Positions 37,391 through 50,936 of a stretch of DNA of 64,000 nucleotides are shown here, one piece after another. Origin of the DNA: Podarcis tiliguerta (Eukaryota). The stretch lies in assembly GCA_965153285.1 (NCBI GenBank), contig OZ229129.1; one strand, 5' to 3'. The first letter of the stretch is position 1. Each line of letters starts with the position of its first letter. Made by a program: the position numbers and the translations under genes. The notes beneath the pieces were generated by a model. The model made no database searches and had not been told where the DNA came from. It was given only the letters and a program-made list of their open reading frames with translations.

Positions 37391-39260
37391 AAATTTCACT
37401 CAAGACGAGGGGAGGAAAGTGTTAAATTCCCTCTCTGCGCATGTTCTGTTCCCATTATTTATCAACCACCCAAAACTGATGCAATTTGCACTGATTTTTA
37501 TATAAAAAAATTCAACCCTCCCAACACTAAATGCAAAGATGACTCTAATGTCACACACCTAGTTTGTCAGAAAGGTGACAGCTACTTGAGGTGACTTGAT
37601 TGGACATGGAGATAACAAATTGCAGGCAAATCCAGGAAAATAAAAGGGGGGCATGTGATGAGGGCCTTGGCAAGAATAACAGGAGGCTCAGGGATGGGGT
37701 AAAAAAATAGGGTCAAATACAGGTTGTTCCTTCGCCATGATGGATACGTGAGAGGTCTGTGATGGTCATGTGAGGCTGCTGTCAAGTTGTTAAATGGTGC
37801 TTGTCTCTGCATTCCAGTCAGAGCATAGGGGATATTCAGCAACGCCATGTGATGGGAAAGAGCTTCCTTCAGGCAGCAGCATGATGCACGGTGCCTTTTT
37901 GCATTAGTGCTGCATGAGAAACAGACTGAATTCTGCCAGACGCAGATAAAGGTAGCAAGATGAAAGGCTCATCAACATGCTGAGGAAATTGGGCAGTAGG
38001 GAGTGGAGCACAGGGTTGGGTAGGGTGGGGTGAACAAACTGGCATGGTGTGCAGAAGCGGCCATGAGCCATTGCCTCCAACTGTTTGCTAGTGGGCTCCA
38101 AGGGGTAAACAAATGTTCGAGCTCCTTTAAAGGTCAACTGGCCACGGTAAGGTGCTTTTGGAAATATTCATCAATGGATAGCTATGTTTATGAGTATGCT
38201 CGCCACAGTTCGGCGTCAGCAAATCAGCTCGGGTCCCCATCGTGGAACAGGCCCTTCAAGAAGTATGAATATGAGTTCAGTGACGAGCACAGGGCACAGT
38301 CCAAATTCTGAATTACGCCAGGAGCGGATCAAGGAAGGGAATGCAGCCAAGTGAGAGAGTGCCTTCTTTGCATGCAGAGGAACCCTGTTTCCACCCAAGG
38401 CACCTCCTTCCCAAGCTACAAAGGCAGCAGAGGCCAAGACCCTGGATAGTTACTACCAGCCAGAATAAATGCTGCACAAACAGGCTACATCTGCAATGTC
38501 CTCTTAAAGTACTTTTATACCACTCTCAACAGTAATCATAGGTTCCCCCAAATAATCCTGGAACTGTAGGTGCAGATGCTTCCTAGCAGAACCCCATTCC
38601 CCTTGCAGAGTTCCCTGGGAAGAGGGACTGATGTTAAGTCATGCCCACATCTGATCCACTGTACAGGGCTCAGTAACAGGACAGATGGAACAATGGGGTG
38701 CAACCTTCTACCTTCCAACAAGCCTTCCAAAATTTCCAGCTCTTTCAACATTAACCCAGTTGGTATCGGTTCTGGATAGGAGACTGCGGTCCCTTGGTCA
38801 TAGCTTTCCTCACTATGGTTAGATATACTGTCTTATTTAAATTACAGTAATTATTTCCAAATCTGCATCTATATGCATATATTAGCATATTCAACGAGGG
38901 CGAATCTGTGTCCTTGTTAGTGCTCTAGCTTTGGAGGGAGATGCATTTTCCATGGGGGGTGGGCACTGCCTAAATGGCTGCCTTGCAATTGATTGGTAAA
39001 TCCAACTTTGAACGGCCTGACTGCTGCCACTTGGCCAGAAGACATTATCTGGGAACACCCTGCGTTACTGCAGATGATGTGCAGATTCTGCTAATTAATG
39101 GTGCTCTGCGCCAATAATTAGAGTAATTAATTGCACACTTTAATACACCATGCAAATCTGAAGCAGCCCTCTGGCTTATCACGATACCTTTGCAGTTCTG
39201 AGCAAACTGCCTTACGAGGCACGGGGGTGGGGAGGGGGGGAGTAGAATGTGGAGACCTAC

Positions 39261-39324
39261 CAGGGCATCTGCTTTGTGCTTCAGCTTCTTGGCCTCTTGC
39301 ATGTAGTGATCTGCATTGCGAAGC
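39261..39324 (-). CDS. AFF2: AFF2 coding exon (approx. human exon 15), start of C-terminal homology domain
   Basis: Acceptor ttgttttctcag, donor CTG|gtaggt; 64 nt, phase 2 to 0. Encodes LRNADHYMQEAKKLKHKADAL. Confidence 0.96.
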
Positions 39325-39719
39325 CTGAGAAAACAAGGAGAACAAGAGTAAGCAGCAGCAGCAGCAGCAAATGAGGCTCCAGTGTCATCATCTGTTTAGT
39401 GAATGGGCACAGCAGGGTGCTGGCGAGGTTGGGACCATGTGGGCACACTGGGAGGAGTGTCGGATGGGCAATATTGGTGCCCTGGTCTGGCTCCAAGCTT
39501 GCCGCTGCCCCTTCCCCACACTGTCCAGGTTAGTGATGGTGATAAAGGTGTTGGCAGGCTGGCTTCTTGGTGACATCCCTCTGTGTTAGCTGCTCCTGTT
39601 TCATTGGCCTGGTTTAGACTTGGTTTTTACACCTGGTTAACACTTGTTTATCATACAGAATCGCAGCGAGCTTGATCACATATGTTTTATGTGGTGAAAA
39701 ACAAAATCCTCACAAATAT

Positions 39720-40240
39720 CCTTATGTATTTATACCCTGCCTTTTTCTTTGACAGGGACACCAGACAGCTTACGGACAAAATAAAAGCAGCTAAAAACAT
39801 AGGAAAAATAAATAAAACAATTAAACATTAACAGAATTAAAACTATATATAAAAGATAAAATTAGAAAAACAACAGACAGATCGTTATAAAAAAAAGACA
39901 GCAGCAACGCTGCACCAGGGCTTTCATGAAAAGCAGCCAGTTTCCCAAAGCCTGTTGGAATGAGAAAGTCTTCACCTGCTGGCAGAAGGACAGCAAGGAG
40001 GGAGCCAGTCCAGTTTCTCTAGGGAGGGAGTTCCAGAGTCGAGGAGCAGCCACAGAGAAGGCCCTCTCCTGCATCTCCACCAAGTATGCCTGCGAGAGTG
40101 GCAGGACTAAGAGAAAGGCCTCCCTGAAAGTTCTCAAAGCCCAGACAGGTTTCTATGAGGGAATATGGTTTTTCAAAGAGCTTGGACCTTTGTAGGGCTT
40201 TATAGGTCATAACCAGCACTTTGAATCGTGCCTGGAAACA
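39720..40240 (-). mobile_element. L2-like LINE 3' fragment
   Basis: Minus-strand ORFs LVMTYKAL... and ERAFSVAAPRLWNSLP are characteristic of the L2 ORF2 end. Confidence 0.8.
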
Positions 40241-42254
40241 AACAGACTGGGAGCTAGTGTGGCATAAAAAGAAAAAGGAAAGGAAACAAATTGTTCATCG
40301 ATACACATGGCTGTATTATGCTCTAGGGAAAGCTTAAGTGGTTTTTAGCTGATGTCTGAAGCTTAATACCGATAGGACTTGTTGCCCTGATCAGCTTTTT
40401 AAAAATTATTCCAAGAAACTATTGCCCTTGTACATGGCTTTCCAGTCCTGTTTTATCCTTGTCACCTTATCATGAAGCTAGGCTGAGAGTGTGACTGGCC
40501 CAAGGGCACTTGATGAGCTTTCTGGCTGAGCTGGGTCCCCTTTGTTCTTCTCGCCTGACAGTGTGCCCACTATCTGATACTGAATCTCCCTTGATTAAGA
40601 TCCAAAACATATAGTCAAACAATGTTTACTGTCATGATCTAAGTCCAGCCCCCTGGAGGGAGACACTGATGAGACCTAGAGATGCCAGAGAGCCGTGAGG
40701 CATGAGGGAATTATTGCAACCATGGCCTGTTCAGTGCAGATGTAATGCTTAACCGTGGTTAAAACAAATAATACTTAAAAACTCATGCCTCCACAAATAA
40801 GCTCTCTTCCTGGCTTGCAGCCAATTATTAACCACTGTTTAGGTATTTAGATACAACGCTTCACTGCAGTTAAGTGGAAGCCATGGCTAAGCCTTATGTT
40901 TGTAGAATGCTCTTGTATGTCAAATATCTGATAAAAAGCGCTGACTGGTTTCCAGGAGGAGAAGCGCCCATTTATTTTTGCTTCTTTCAGTCTTATCAGT
41001 GCTAAGCTGCTGGATGCAAAGAAGTGATTGATGAGCTGGCTGCAAAATGGCTAACTGTGGAAACCAGGAGCCCAAAGGGGCCTATTAAACTTTGCTGAAC
41101 AGAAGGAAAAGAGAAACAATTCAAAGTGATTAACCGTAACAAGGTTCCATTAGAAAAGCTAAAATGTAAAATTATGCAACAGGAAAAATAGAAGACGCAT
41201 ATAGTTCTAACATGATGGTCAAGCTAAAATTCCACACAAATACCTAAATGAGGATAGTGGCAAGAGTGGTAATGCAAAAGGGTATATGTTCAATCCCTGG
41301 AATCTCCAGTTAAAAGAGGCACAGGGAGAGAAGATGAGACATAGCCTTAAGGGCAAAACTAGTCATGATGCTAGCTGCAGGAATACTCTGAGCGTGCCTA
41401 GTTTTTGTAGTATAAATAGTCATTGTGGTGGTCATGGGGAGGATTGAGGCCATGGACCACATGGAGGGGTTTGATCAGGTATGAGGAAGTCTTACCCTGC
41501 AGATTTTTCTTAACTACAACTCACCATCTTCCTCCATTAGCCATGCTGGCTGGGGCACCAAGTCCTAACGAATTCAGTGGGGCTTACTTTCAGTTAAGTG
41601 CACATATAGGATTGCCATCCTAATCCACTAAGGTTCTAATTATGTCAGGTTCTTATACTCAAACATAGGAGATCTCTAATGTTTTGCCTCCATCAATATT
41701 TCCCAGCTACTACCTATACATCAGCTCTTTGGAAATACAGATGTTCCAAACATCTCAAGAATTGGAACTGAATTCTTGCAACATGTGCAGTAAGAATTCC
41801 CCATGCATGAAAATATTTCTTAACTTATAAAGTGCAGCAAGGAAAATCAAGGTGGTGCCCTCTGGATGTTGTTGGACTACAAATCCCATTAGCACCAGCC
41901 AGCATAGCCAATGGATTCAGGGATGCTTAGATTTGGGAAGGGCCATACCTTGCATGTAGGAGGTCCCAAGTTCAATCCCTGGCATCTCCAGGTATGGCTG
42001 GAACAGACTCCCTGTCTGAAACCCTGTAGAGCTGCTGCCAGTCAGGGTCTGATTCAGTGTAAGGCAGATTCCTATATTCCTAAGAACTGGAGTCCAGCAA
42101 CAAATCCATAGGGTACCATGTCAGATGCTGCTGCAGTTACAGGCAACTTCCACATTTTCTTAGAGTCTGTGCCTCAAATCTAGGCAATTGCAGGGCTCTG
42201 CCAATTTAAAGCATGAACAAGAAATGGCTGCGTAGGTTTGCTCTAACTACTTAC

Positions 42255-42391
42255 GTATCATCAAATGTTATTTTAGGTCTCCTTGGATCACGATTCCCAT
42301 TGGTGAAGGCAGGAGCGGCAGGCCAGATGCTACTCTCTGGGTGGCTGGTGTCAGGCAGAGCATTTGAGGACCTGCTGTGGGAATCTTCCTC
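42255..42391 (-). CDS. AFF2: AFF2 coding exon (approx. human exon 14)
   Basis: Acceptor tttctgcag, donor AC|gtaagt; 137 nt, phase 0 to 2. Encodes EEDSHSRSSNALPDTSHPESSIWPAAPAFTNGNRDPRRPKITFDD. Confidence 0.92.
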
Positions 42392-43507
42392 CTGCAGAAA
42401 GTGATTTTTAATTAGCGGCTTTGGTTTTCGTGCTAATAATATCTCTAGATGTCATGTTAAGCAAGTTTGTGTGTCTCAAAATTAAAACCAAGGCACATAT
42501 TTTGCATCTCGCAGCCCTTATGTCACAAGTCAAGCTCAATAGATTAATTAAGAACAAGCAGCTACATATTGCTCACACGCACGGTATCATTAACACCCAC
42601 TTCTAGGAAGGTGTAATGTCAGCATGGACGCCTTGTAGCATCGCTTGCTTATTAAAATAAAGTGGAAAGAAGATGAATGGCAAGTGAAAGACTCACAGGA
42701 TCCGATGATTAGGGCTGGAACTGGGGATAAGCAGTGGGACGGCCGCTGAAAAATAATTCACAAACTTCCTCCCCTACACATTTAAATCAACATCCATTAA
42801 AATAATGACTTAATTCTATTAAATTGCTATAGGACATTACAAAAAAGCATGCCCAGCCCAAGGCATTTTGCTTCCTGGGGTAAAGGACAATCTCCCTCTT
42901 GCAATTTTCCACATACAAACGCTGACCCGGGTTTTTTCTTTCTTTCCATTTTTGCAAAACTGAGCAAGGGTGAACTTACTGGTGGTGACCCTTTCCCCCC
43001 TTGTGGATGCCAAATGGCGGTTAACACTTCCCCCTCTCCCCGAACAACATCACATGATATAGTGCTGCTCTAATGGGGAGGGGAGCCAGTGGGGAAATGG
43101 TAGCAGCTGGTGGAGGTCAATATTTTCCCCTCCCACCTTGGAATGATCACTGTTGCAAAACAGGCATAGTAATAAAGGGAAGTCAATTCTGCACTCCCCC
43201 CCCCCTTGCAACCCTTTGCCAAAAAGTTCCCCCAAATTTGCCCCCAAGTTTTCCCTGGAACACTTTCAGCCCATCATTGACTCTGTTTGGCCAACCTGCA
43301 GCAAACAGTATAGATCCTATTTGGACATCCCCCCAACTCCCATCAGCCACACAGCCATCATGGCCCACAGTGAGGGATTATGGGAGCTGGAATCCATCAA
43401 CATCGGGAGAACGCCACATTGGCTACTCTGGGGACAGGGCATGGTGGAGCAACAACTTGCTCTGGTACAAGGGGATCCCTGTTCTCTAGTGTCCCTGAGT
43501 GACTTAC

Positions 43508-43724
43508 ACAGCTCCCCTTTGTGCTAGAAGCAGATTTGTTCTCATTTTTCCGGTGTTTGGAGGAGGTGCTGGCCTGCAAGGGATTTGAGAGGTTGTTCTC
43601 TTGGCCAAAGGAGCTGCCACTGCTGCTGCTCCGCCGGGCTGCCGTCTCATTGAGCAGAGGAGACAACGGGGGTGGAAACAGCTTCTCTTCCCTTTTCTTT
43701 GTTGCCTTTTTCGCTGAGCTGGTG
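43508..43724 (-). CDS. AFF2: AFF2 coding exon (approx. human exon 13)
   Basis: Acceptor ttctttctcgcttggcag, donor TGT|gtaagt; 217 nt, phase 2 to 0. Encodes TSSAKKATKKREEKLFPPPLSPLLNE...SSTKGSC. Confidence 0.92.
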
Positions 43725-44060
43725 CTGCCAAGCGAGAAAGAAGGACCTGTTGTTATAACCTGGGATGCGTTGACACCGGCAAATTCCAGCCAGATTCTTT
43801 CGTGCCTCCTGTTGAGTCAACAGGAGCTCCCGCTGGTCAAGTTCTGGGCCCTGGGTTTCCAAGAGTTTCCTGAAGCTGCTGCTGCTGCTACTGCAGCAGC
43901 AGCAGCAGCAGCTGCATTCAGAAGGCACATGTGTACCTTCCCTGCGAATATCAGGTGACAGTGCTGTGTGTAAGTGCTTGCTTTACATAGCTGAGGCACT
44001 CCAAAAGTATGCCCTGCAACTTGGGTCCATCAAAAATGGCTAATATAGTAATTGCTCTTC

Positions 44061-44575
44061 ACAGGCTCCAGTTGGTGCAAAACACTGCAGCTAGACTGCT
44101 GATGGGGGACCGATGATTGCCAGCACATTAGTCCAGTGCTCGAAATCTTGCACTGAATGCCGATCCACTACCAGCTCAGGTTTAAGATTCTTGTATTAAT
44201 TTATAAGGCCCTTAACAACTTGAGTCCAGTTTACCTTAGGGGCTGTCTTAACCCCTTTTCTCCCTGCCTATTTGGTGGGGGGTCACTGTTAGCGATTCTC
44301 CATGGCTCAGACATACAGTTTGTACCCAACAAGAACAATTTGCTTAATATTGTGGGTCCAATTTTATGAAACTTTATTTCAGTTAAGGTTAGAAAGGCCC
44401 CCTCTCTGTTGAACTTCTGGCACTAACTGAATACTTTGTTTTTTTCATTCTAACGGGCATTTTAATTGATGTTTGAATTTATAGTTTTAACTGTTGTTTT
44501 TTGGTATTGCGTTTTTGTAAGCTTCTTAGAGGCTATTGTGGTTAAGCAGCATAAAAATTGTTTCACTAAATGAAT
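44061..44575 (+). mobile_element. L2-like LINE 3' fragment
   Basis: LQLVQNTAARLL...HISPVL...MPIHYQLRFKILVLIYKALNNLSPVYL. Confidence 0.8.
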
Positions 44576-47199
44576 AAATGATCTAGTGCCTTGGAAATGT
44601 TTTCCCACCACCCCTAGGGGGAAAAAAGACTGACATTTAAACCTTAGCTGTTAAAAAAAAAAAAGGAGAGGCAAATATACCCAGCTGATTTCTTAACATG
44701 TTAATTTGACCATGGATTTTATTATTTTATTATTATTATTTTAGTTACTGCCCTAGTCCAGTCAATGAAGATTACTTGAATTTTAATTTTTCCTTAGACA
44801 ACTCATATTGCATTCTACAGCCATTTACTTTTCATGATTATTGACTCAAATTTTCAATAGCAAATTAAGTCAACAAGAATTTATGTCTCCCTCTTAGTCA
44901 ATTTAAGTCAGTGTCAGGCAGTTATAGATTTACAATACCTCAAAGCAACAAATCAAAGAGGAACAAGGAAAGCAAAGCAGCTTGATTTCTCGATTGGGGG
45001 AAATTCAATGGCCTCAGCTGGCAGTATGCTTCCCGAGCTTTCGCGATAGTAGCATCCATTCCAGTTATTCCCTAATTGTGGCCATTAGCAAATTAAAAAC
45101 CAGTTTCATCAAAATGGGCATTTAATTGCCCTTCTTCCTCACATGTTTTATCTATCTATCCATCTATCCGATTCTTAGCTAAGAATACATATTCAAGAGA
45201 ACCGAGTGCAAAATAATTTGCTATGGCAGGGGCAACAGCTTCGTGGTAGAGCACATCCTCTGCATGCAGAAGATTGCAGTTTCAACCCCTGGCATCTCCA
45301 GGGAAAGGTCACTGCATGAAAACGTGGAGAGCGGCATCCGGTCGGTGTAAAATGCTGACCTGGATGGATCAAGAGTCTGACTGGGTGAAATGTAACTTCC
45401 CATGTTCAACTTGCTTTAACCAGACCTTTGTAAGAGGGGGTTGAATGTGTGGCAAAGAATAGATTTCATTTAACCTTTCCAAGTATGTCTGTAGATGAGG
45501 GAAGGGCTTCTAATTTGTGTGAGAAACTCCTAAGCCCTAATTCTCATGTTGTCCCACAGTCCTTTGGGTGGATCCCAAGCCACTGCAGTAGCATCTGAAT
45601 AATGGAATCACAAAGTGTAGGAAGCTCCTGTACCCCATTAGCATTATATCTCTCTGGGGATGGTAAGTTCAGAATCAAAGAATCATGGAGTTGGAAGGGA
45701 CTATCACTGTCATCTAGTCCAACCCTTCTGCACTGCAGGAATCTCTTGCCCAATGCTGGGCTCAAACCCATGACATGGAGATCAAGACTCTCAAGCCTGT
45801 TGCACCTGCTGAGCTATCTAGCTTGAACATTAGCAGCCTTTAGATTTTTCCACTCCCTGTGATTCTACTATTCAAATATCACTTGAGCAGCATGGGAGCA
45901 GAGGGTGCATTTAGGGCAGTACAACTGGTTCTGCTGTACTGGGGACCAGGTCTAGGGGGCGCCACAGGGTGTCTGATGAATTGAACTGAGCAGAATAGAA
46001 GGTGAGAGGCAGGGAGGACACCAAATCTGGACCTGGCACAGGGCGCTGCTAGAATTTGAAAGACCAAAGTCTGCCCCTGATGGGAGCCATCTATGAATAA
46101 TTATTAATTCATATTTTATTGGTGGAGTCTCTGCTATATTTCTTTGCATTTTTGGTTATAAAATGTGTGTGTGCACACACAAACTTTCTTTTATAATGAT
46201 CTCATTGTGTTTTATATAGAGTGCTTAGGGATTTCACATATTATTGGCATATAAGTATTATTATTAATAACAAAAAACAGTAATTAAAAAGAAGAGATAA
46301 CTACATTGGATTGGTTCCTTAGCATGGAAGTAAAAGATGAGTAAATAGTCTGATTTGGTTTGCCCAGAGAGAACATTAATCCAGTTAGGAACTGAATCCT
46401 TGCAAAGTGTAGGGCTGTGCAGAGAGCTAGAAAACTGTGGTTCTGAGACTAAGAAATAACAGTAAAAAGAAGAACCTGAAGATGAATATTGGTGAAGTCC
46501 ATGAGCATGGAGAGTAAGCACTTCACGTTGCTGACAATGTCCAGCAATTGCTTTAGAAGTGTCCACCTATTAATTTACTCTGCATTCCTGCTCTCAATTT
46601 GAATTGATTTTATTTGCCCACAATGACACCATCGTATAGCACTGTGATGGGAGCACATTCACTACATCCTCCCAATTGGCTGAGGACATCCATCTGACTT
46701 GTCTATGAAGGGAAAAGTAATTGTGAACCCTCCTCCCCAACAATTGCACTGAAGCTGTAGCAACCAGTGAAAAGAGTGGTTATTTTCACAATTATATATA
46801 TTGGAGAAATAGTTCAACCTACTCTGAAATGGCTATTATTTGTTCGAAAATGAAAGTGGGGGAATAGTCAGTGTAGCCCATTATAATAACCTCAGCAAAA
46901 TCACTTTGCTGCCAGATATTCCATATATTCTTTTTGGTGGATATTCGCGATTCCTTGCTTTAAACTTTTGTATTTGTGTGCTCCTCTGGAACTAAGTTAT
47001 CAAAGTGGAATGGGTTAAATATTAACTTGGAGGAGATTAATAATAAACTGCAATGTGATCGTGGTCTTAGTTAAATATATGAGTTAAGAAAGTTGAAAAA
47101 TTTTGCTTGGCAACTAGGAGCATCTGGGATCAGGGGAATGGAAAGCTAGCATAGGGGAAATAACTATTGATGAGCACAATTATATTTTAACAGAAGATA

Positions 47200-47700
47200 C
47201 CAATGGTTTCAGAGCTCTAAGGAATCAAATTAATGACCTAGAAAACAAGCTCAAATTAAGAAACATCAGGTTGGGGGTAGATCCCTAAGGCTTGGAGGCA
47301 GGAAATAAAAGATTCATAAAAAATAATGTAAGTGTTAGAGAAAGATAAACTTATGCGTTTGAAGAAATGCCACAGAGAAAATTTGTATCATTTTAAAATG
47401 CATCTAACACCATCAAAACTATCAGTGTCTTTTTCAGACTTGAGAAATGGGGGATTTAAATATTGTAACTCTGCACTGTTGTCATTAAGTGGAAATAGTA
47501 ATTACATAGACATAAGCGAGTTTGGGAACTGGTTGATTTGGTTCACAGTGGGTTTAAAGGAGATGATTTACCTGTTTATTGTGGGATTATTTAATAACGT
47601 AAATATCTTTGCTATAATAAGTCCAAAGTAAGGGCTTTAAAATTAATAAAAGGATAAAGCTTGCACACGAGGTGGGGGATATTGATCCCTCCCACATGGT
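47200..47700 (+). mobile_element. Old, internally deleted L1-like element (ORF1 and ORF2 remnants)
   Basis: 47211-47297 reads RALRNQINDLENKLKLRNIRLGVDP*GLE (cf. L1 ORF1 DLENRSRRNN.RI.G.PEG.E); ORF 47332 contains FKMHLTPSKL (cf. late ORF2 Y.TP.KL). Confidence 0.5.
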
Positions 47701-48362
47701 GCTTGTAATAATAGTTATATATAGTATTAAGAATTGCCTCAACGAAGAGAGATATGGGGAAGAAGGGTCAACATGACTGGTAATGAGCTATATTGGTTTT
47801 GAGCCACTTTTAACTGGGACATCAGTTGAAGGTTCAAAAAGGTATTCATTCTCTTAAGTATTTTGATACTTAACAAATTATAAGGGTGTTCTTCCTTGTG
47901 CATGCTACAAACAGGGAACATGAACAATGTGACTGAAATGTTGCACCCATATTGTATATACACTATTCAGAATATTTGCAAAACTGTTGCTGACTCAGGG
48001 ATTGGGAACCTCTGGACGTCTGGATGTTTTGGACGATAACTCCCAGCGTCCCTGACCATTAGCCATGCTAGCTGGGGCTGATGGGACCAAGTCCAAAAAG
48101 ATTAACCCAATTAACATGAACAGTTTCAAATAGTTTCTAAGGAATTCCCACAATCCTCTCCTTAGCATTCTGGTTAGAAAGACAGGCAGCTCAAGAAATT
48201 CTTGTCACCTATAAAAGTATGCATTCCATTAGTGTAAGACAGAAAAGTCCACTGCGGCCATAAAGAGATGTTGTAAGATTATTTTGTATAACAGGAATAT
48301 TTAGGGCTGGCCCAACACTTCCTGTAGCTGAGGATGAACAGCAATCCACACCCACCCACCCA

Positions 48363-48395
<33 letters not shown>

Positions 48396-48623
48396 GTCAT
48401 AGTGCAAAGGTACCCAAGGCTGGCCATGAGACAATCACACAAGCACCTCTATTATTTTTGGCCATTTCATGACACACAAAGCCAGCTGACTGAGACAGCA
48501 ACTTAATTCAGCCTAATGGTAAAGCTGGCCCTATTGGTAAATGGTAAGGAGAGGCTTCCCTATGACAACTGGATCTGAACAACCATGCTGTAAAGGACCA
48601 TCTTAATATTAGGAATAACTTAC

Positions 48624-48745
48624 TCTTTAGTACTTGGTACTCTGTGGTTGGGTATTGGGGAGATGCAGGGTGGAAGCGAACACATTGCAGCAGCCTCCTC
48701 CAGACGCTGTTTCTTGTTTTCACCAATTGTGTCTTGGTTTTCAGA
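48624..48745 (-). CDS. AFF2: AFF2 coding exon (approx. human exon 12)
   Basis: Acceptor ...gaagcag, donor GA|gtaagt; 122 nt, phase 0 to 2. Encodes [40 protein letters not shown]. Confidence 0.93.
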
Positions 48746-50279
48746 CTGCTTCAACCACAAAAACAAAAACCAGTCAATTATGACTTTATAAACACAAAAT
48801 CTCATAACACCAACATTACCAACCATTTCAGAATGCAAGAAACCACAATGAATCTCTCAAGTAATTTTAAGCAAGGTTGCATCCAGACAGGCAGTTTCGG
48901 ATTGGTCAAAAAAATACTTAAAAAAATTCAATTTCCTCCTACACTGGTGAGAAATTACCAAGCCACACTTCTCTAACCAATATACAAGCCAAAACTCAAC
49001 GAAGTTATGAATTCCTGCATGTCTCTGAAATTTGTGATGCAGTTCTCTAAAGAGTCTGCACAAAATTGCATATATTAGTGTATATAAAAATGCACCATAT
49101 TTGGGTAAACTGTATATTATTCTTGCACCACCACTTTGTTTTTGTTTATTAAGTTTGTTATATCAATCAATAAAAATGTGTATATTAGTTATAACTGCAT
49201 ACAAAATGTGTATCTTAGGAGAAATTTGTACTGATGCTGATGAATTTTCATCATATAAAAATTACAGATGATTTGTTCCTGCCTACATCTCTTTCTTGAC
49301 AAAGAGCCAGCATTTTGTGACTCAAATGCATCCATATCAGTATTGCATATATTGAAGAGGAGGGCACACAGGCAAGTGGCACCTTTATTAAAGAGGAAGA
49401 GGCTCAAAGAGGACAAGCTCTGCAGCCAAAATTCTGCTTGAACCAAAGATGCCAAGTGCCTGAGAGTTGAACTCAAGCACTTCCTTGTTTGTCAAGCCAG
49501 GAAGACCAAGCTGCAACACAGGCTTCAGAGATGGATTCAACCAACACTATCACTCCCATATTATTCTGTGAAACAGACCAGGGAGATGGTGGTTTGCAAA
49601 CTCATTTCACTGATAGCACAGGGTTGAAGGCATGCCTTTTGCTTGGATTTCTTCTTTACACAGTTCTGAAGCTGGCATTCTCAGAAGACAAATAGTAGTG
49701 ATGGCTGACATCACATTTGTGGGAATTTCAACACCCCCCCCCCTTTAAAAACCATGAAGCTGTTTGGACTCTGATACCAGAAATAGAGCTGTCTCAGGCA
49801 AAGGGGGTGGGAGGGGGTGGAGATCCTTCAGACTCTGCAAATACTCATTTTTTGATATAAAACCCCTGCTTCCTTTCTAACAAACAAATTTCAGTTTGAA
49901 GCATGCTGTCATATCCCACACAACAGGATGTCCCTGGGCAAAAATAACATAGAACACATGATAAAGCATTGTCGTTTGAATCACAATAGATTCCACTTTA
50001 CAGGTAGTTGTTGCGGAAAGGGAGGACTGCGAGTTAAGTGAATGGCATTTTGATAAATCACAGCTGTTTATGTAGGAAAACCCATATACTCTCAAGGCAT
50101 AATTCGGCAACTGTCACAGCAAAACAGCAAAACCTCTGCTGGTTTTAATGGAGGCATTGCCCATTTAATTTGGAGCCAAATCTGGCCTTGATTCTTTGGG
50201 CACTTAAAATATATCGGCATCGGGCAAATCCCAGAATAGACATTTTACAGTCTTTTCTACAGTTCACCTCTCACCTAGA

Positions 50280-50660
50280 AAGCTAAGGAGAGCCCTGTTG
50301 TATTGGACCAAAGACTTATCAAGTCCACCATAGACACAAGGTCTATGACTAGTAGCCACTGATAGACTAACTCTCCATGAATTTGTCAATTTCCATTTTA
50401 AAGTTGGTCACAGTCACCATCAGTCATTTCCCCTGCTTGATGGACCATAATTCCTAAATTCCCATCTTTTTTTTTTTTTAAGCAAGTTTCTAGCAGTTGT
50501 AGAACCTGACATTTGAAGTCTTTCCTTCTGCCTGCTCTGAAGCTCTGAGCATTCAGCTTCATTGGATGACTAGGGGATCTAGTAACGTATGAAAGGGAGA
50601 AAGACCTCTTTCTATTCACTTCCTCCACATCATGAATAATTTTATCAAGTCCCCTGCCCC
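50280..50660 (-). mobile_element. CR1 LINE 3' fragment
   Basis: tagtagccactgatagac..ctccatgaatttgtc...ttcattggatgac.. is the reverse complement of the CR1 tail. Similar copies at 32780-32960 and 57200-57520. Confidence 0.65.
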
Positions 50661-50936
50661 CCAAACATACATGTACTCTAAACCAGTGGTTCTCAAAGGG
50701 TGTGGTGCACCACCCTGGTGTGGAACGGGATGAAAAGTGTGATGGGAAGATTCAAGGACAAACTGTCACAACACGTTAGTGTGTTGGGTGCAATGTGTAG
50801 GTGTGTTGCTTGAATGCTCTTATAAGGGGTTAGTTTAACTTCTGGTTTGCTAGTAAAACTGAATTACTAAAAAGTGTGTCACCAACATGAAAAGTTTGTA
50901 AACTTCTGCTTTAAACTTTCAGGGTAGTATAGTATA

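Noticed and set aside
43521-43958. 145-aa plus-strand ORF with poly-Ala
   Set aside because: Antisense to an AFF2 exon plus the triplet palindrome; no independent gene structure.
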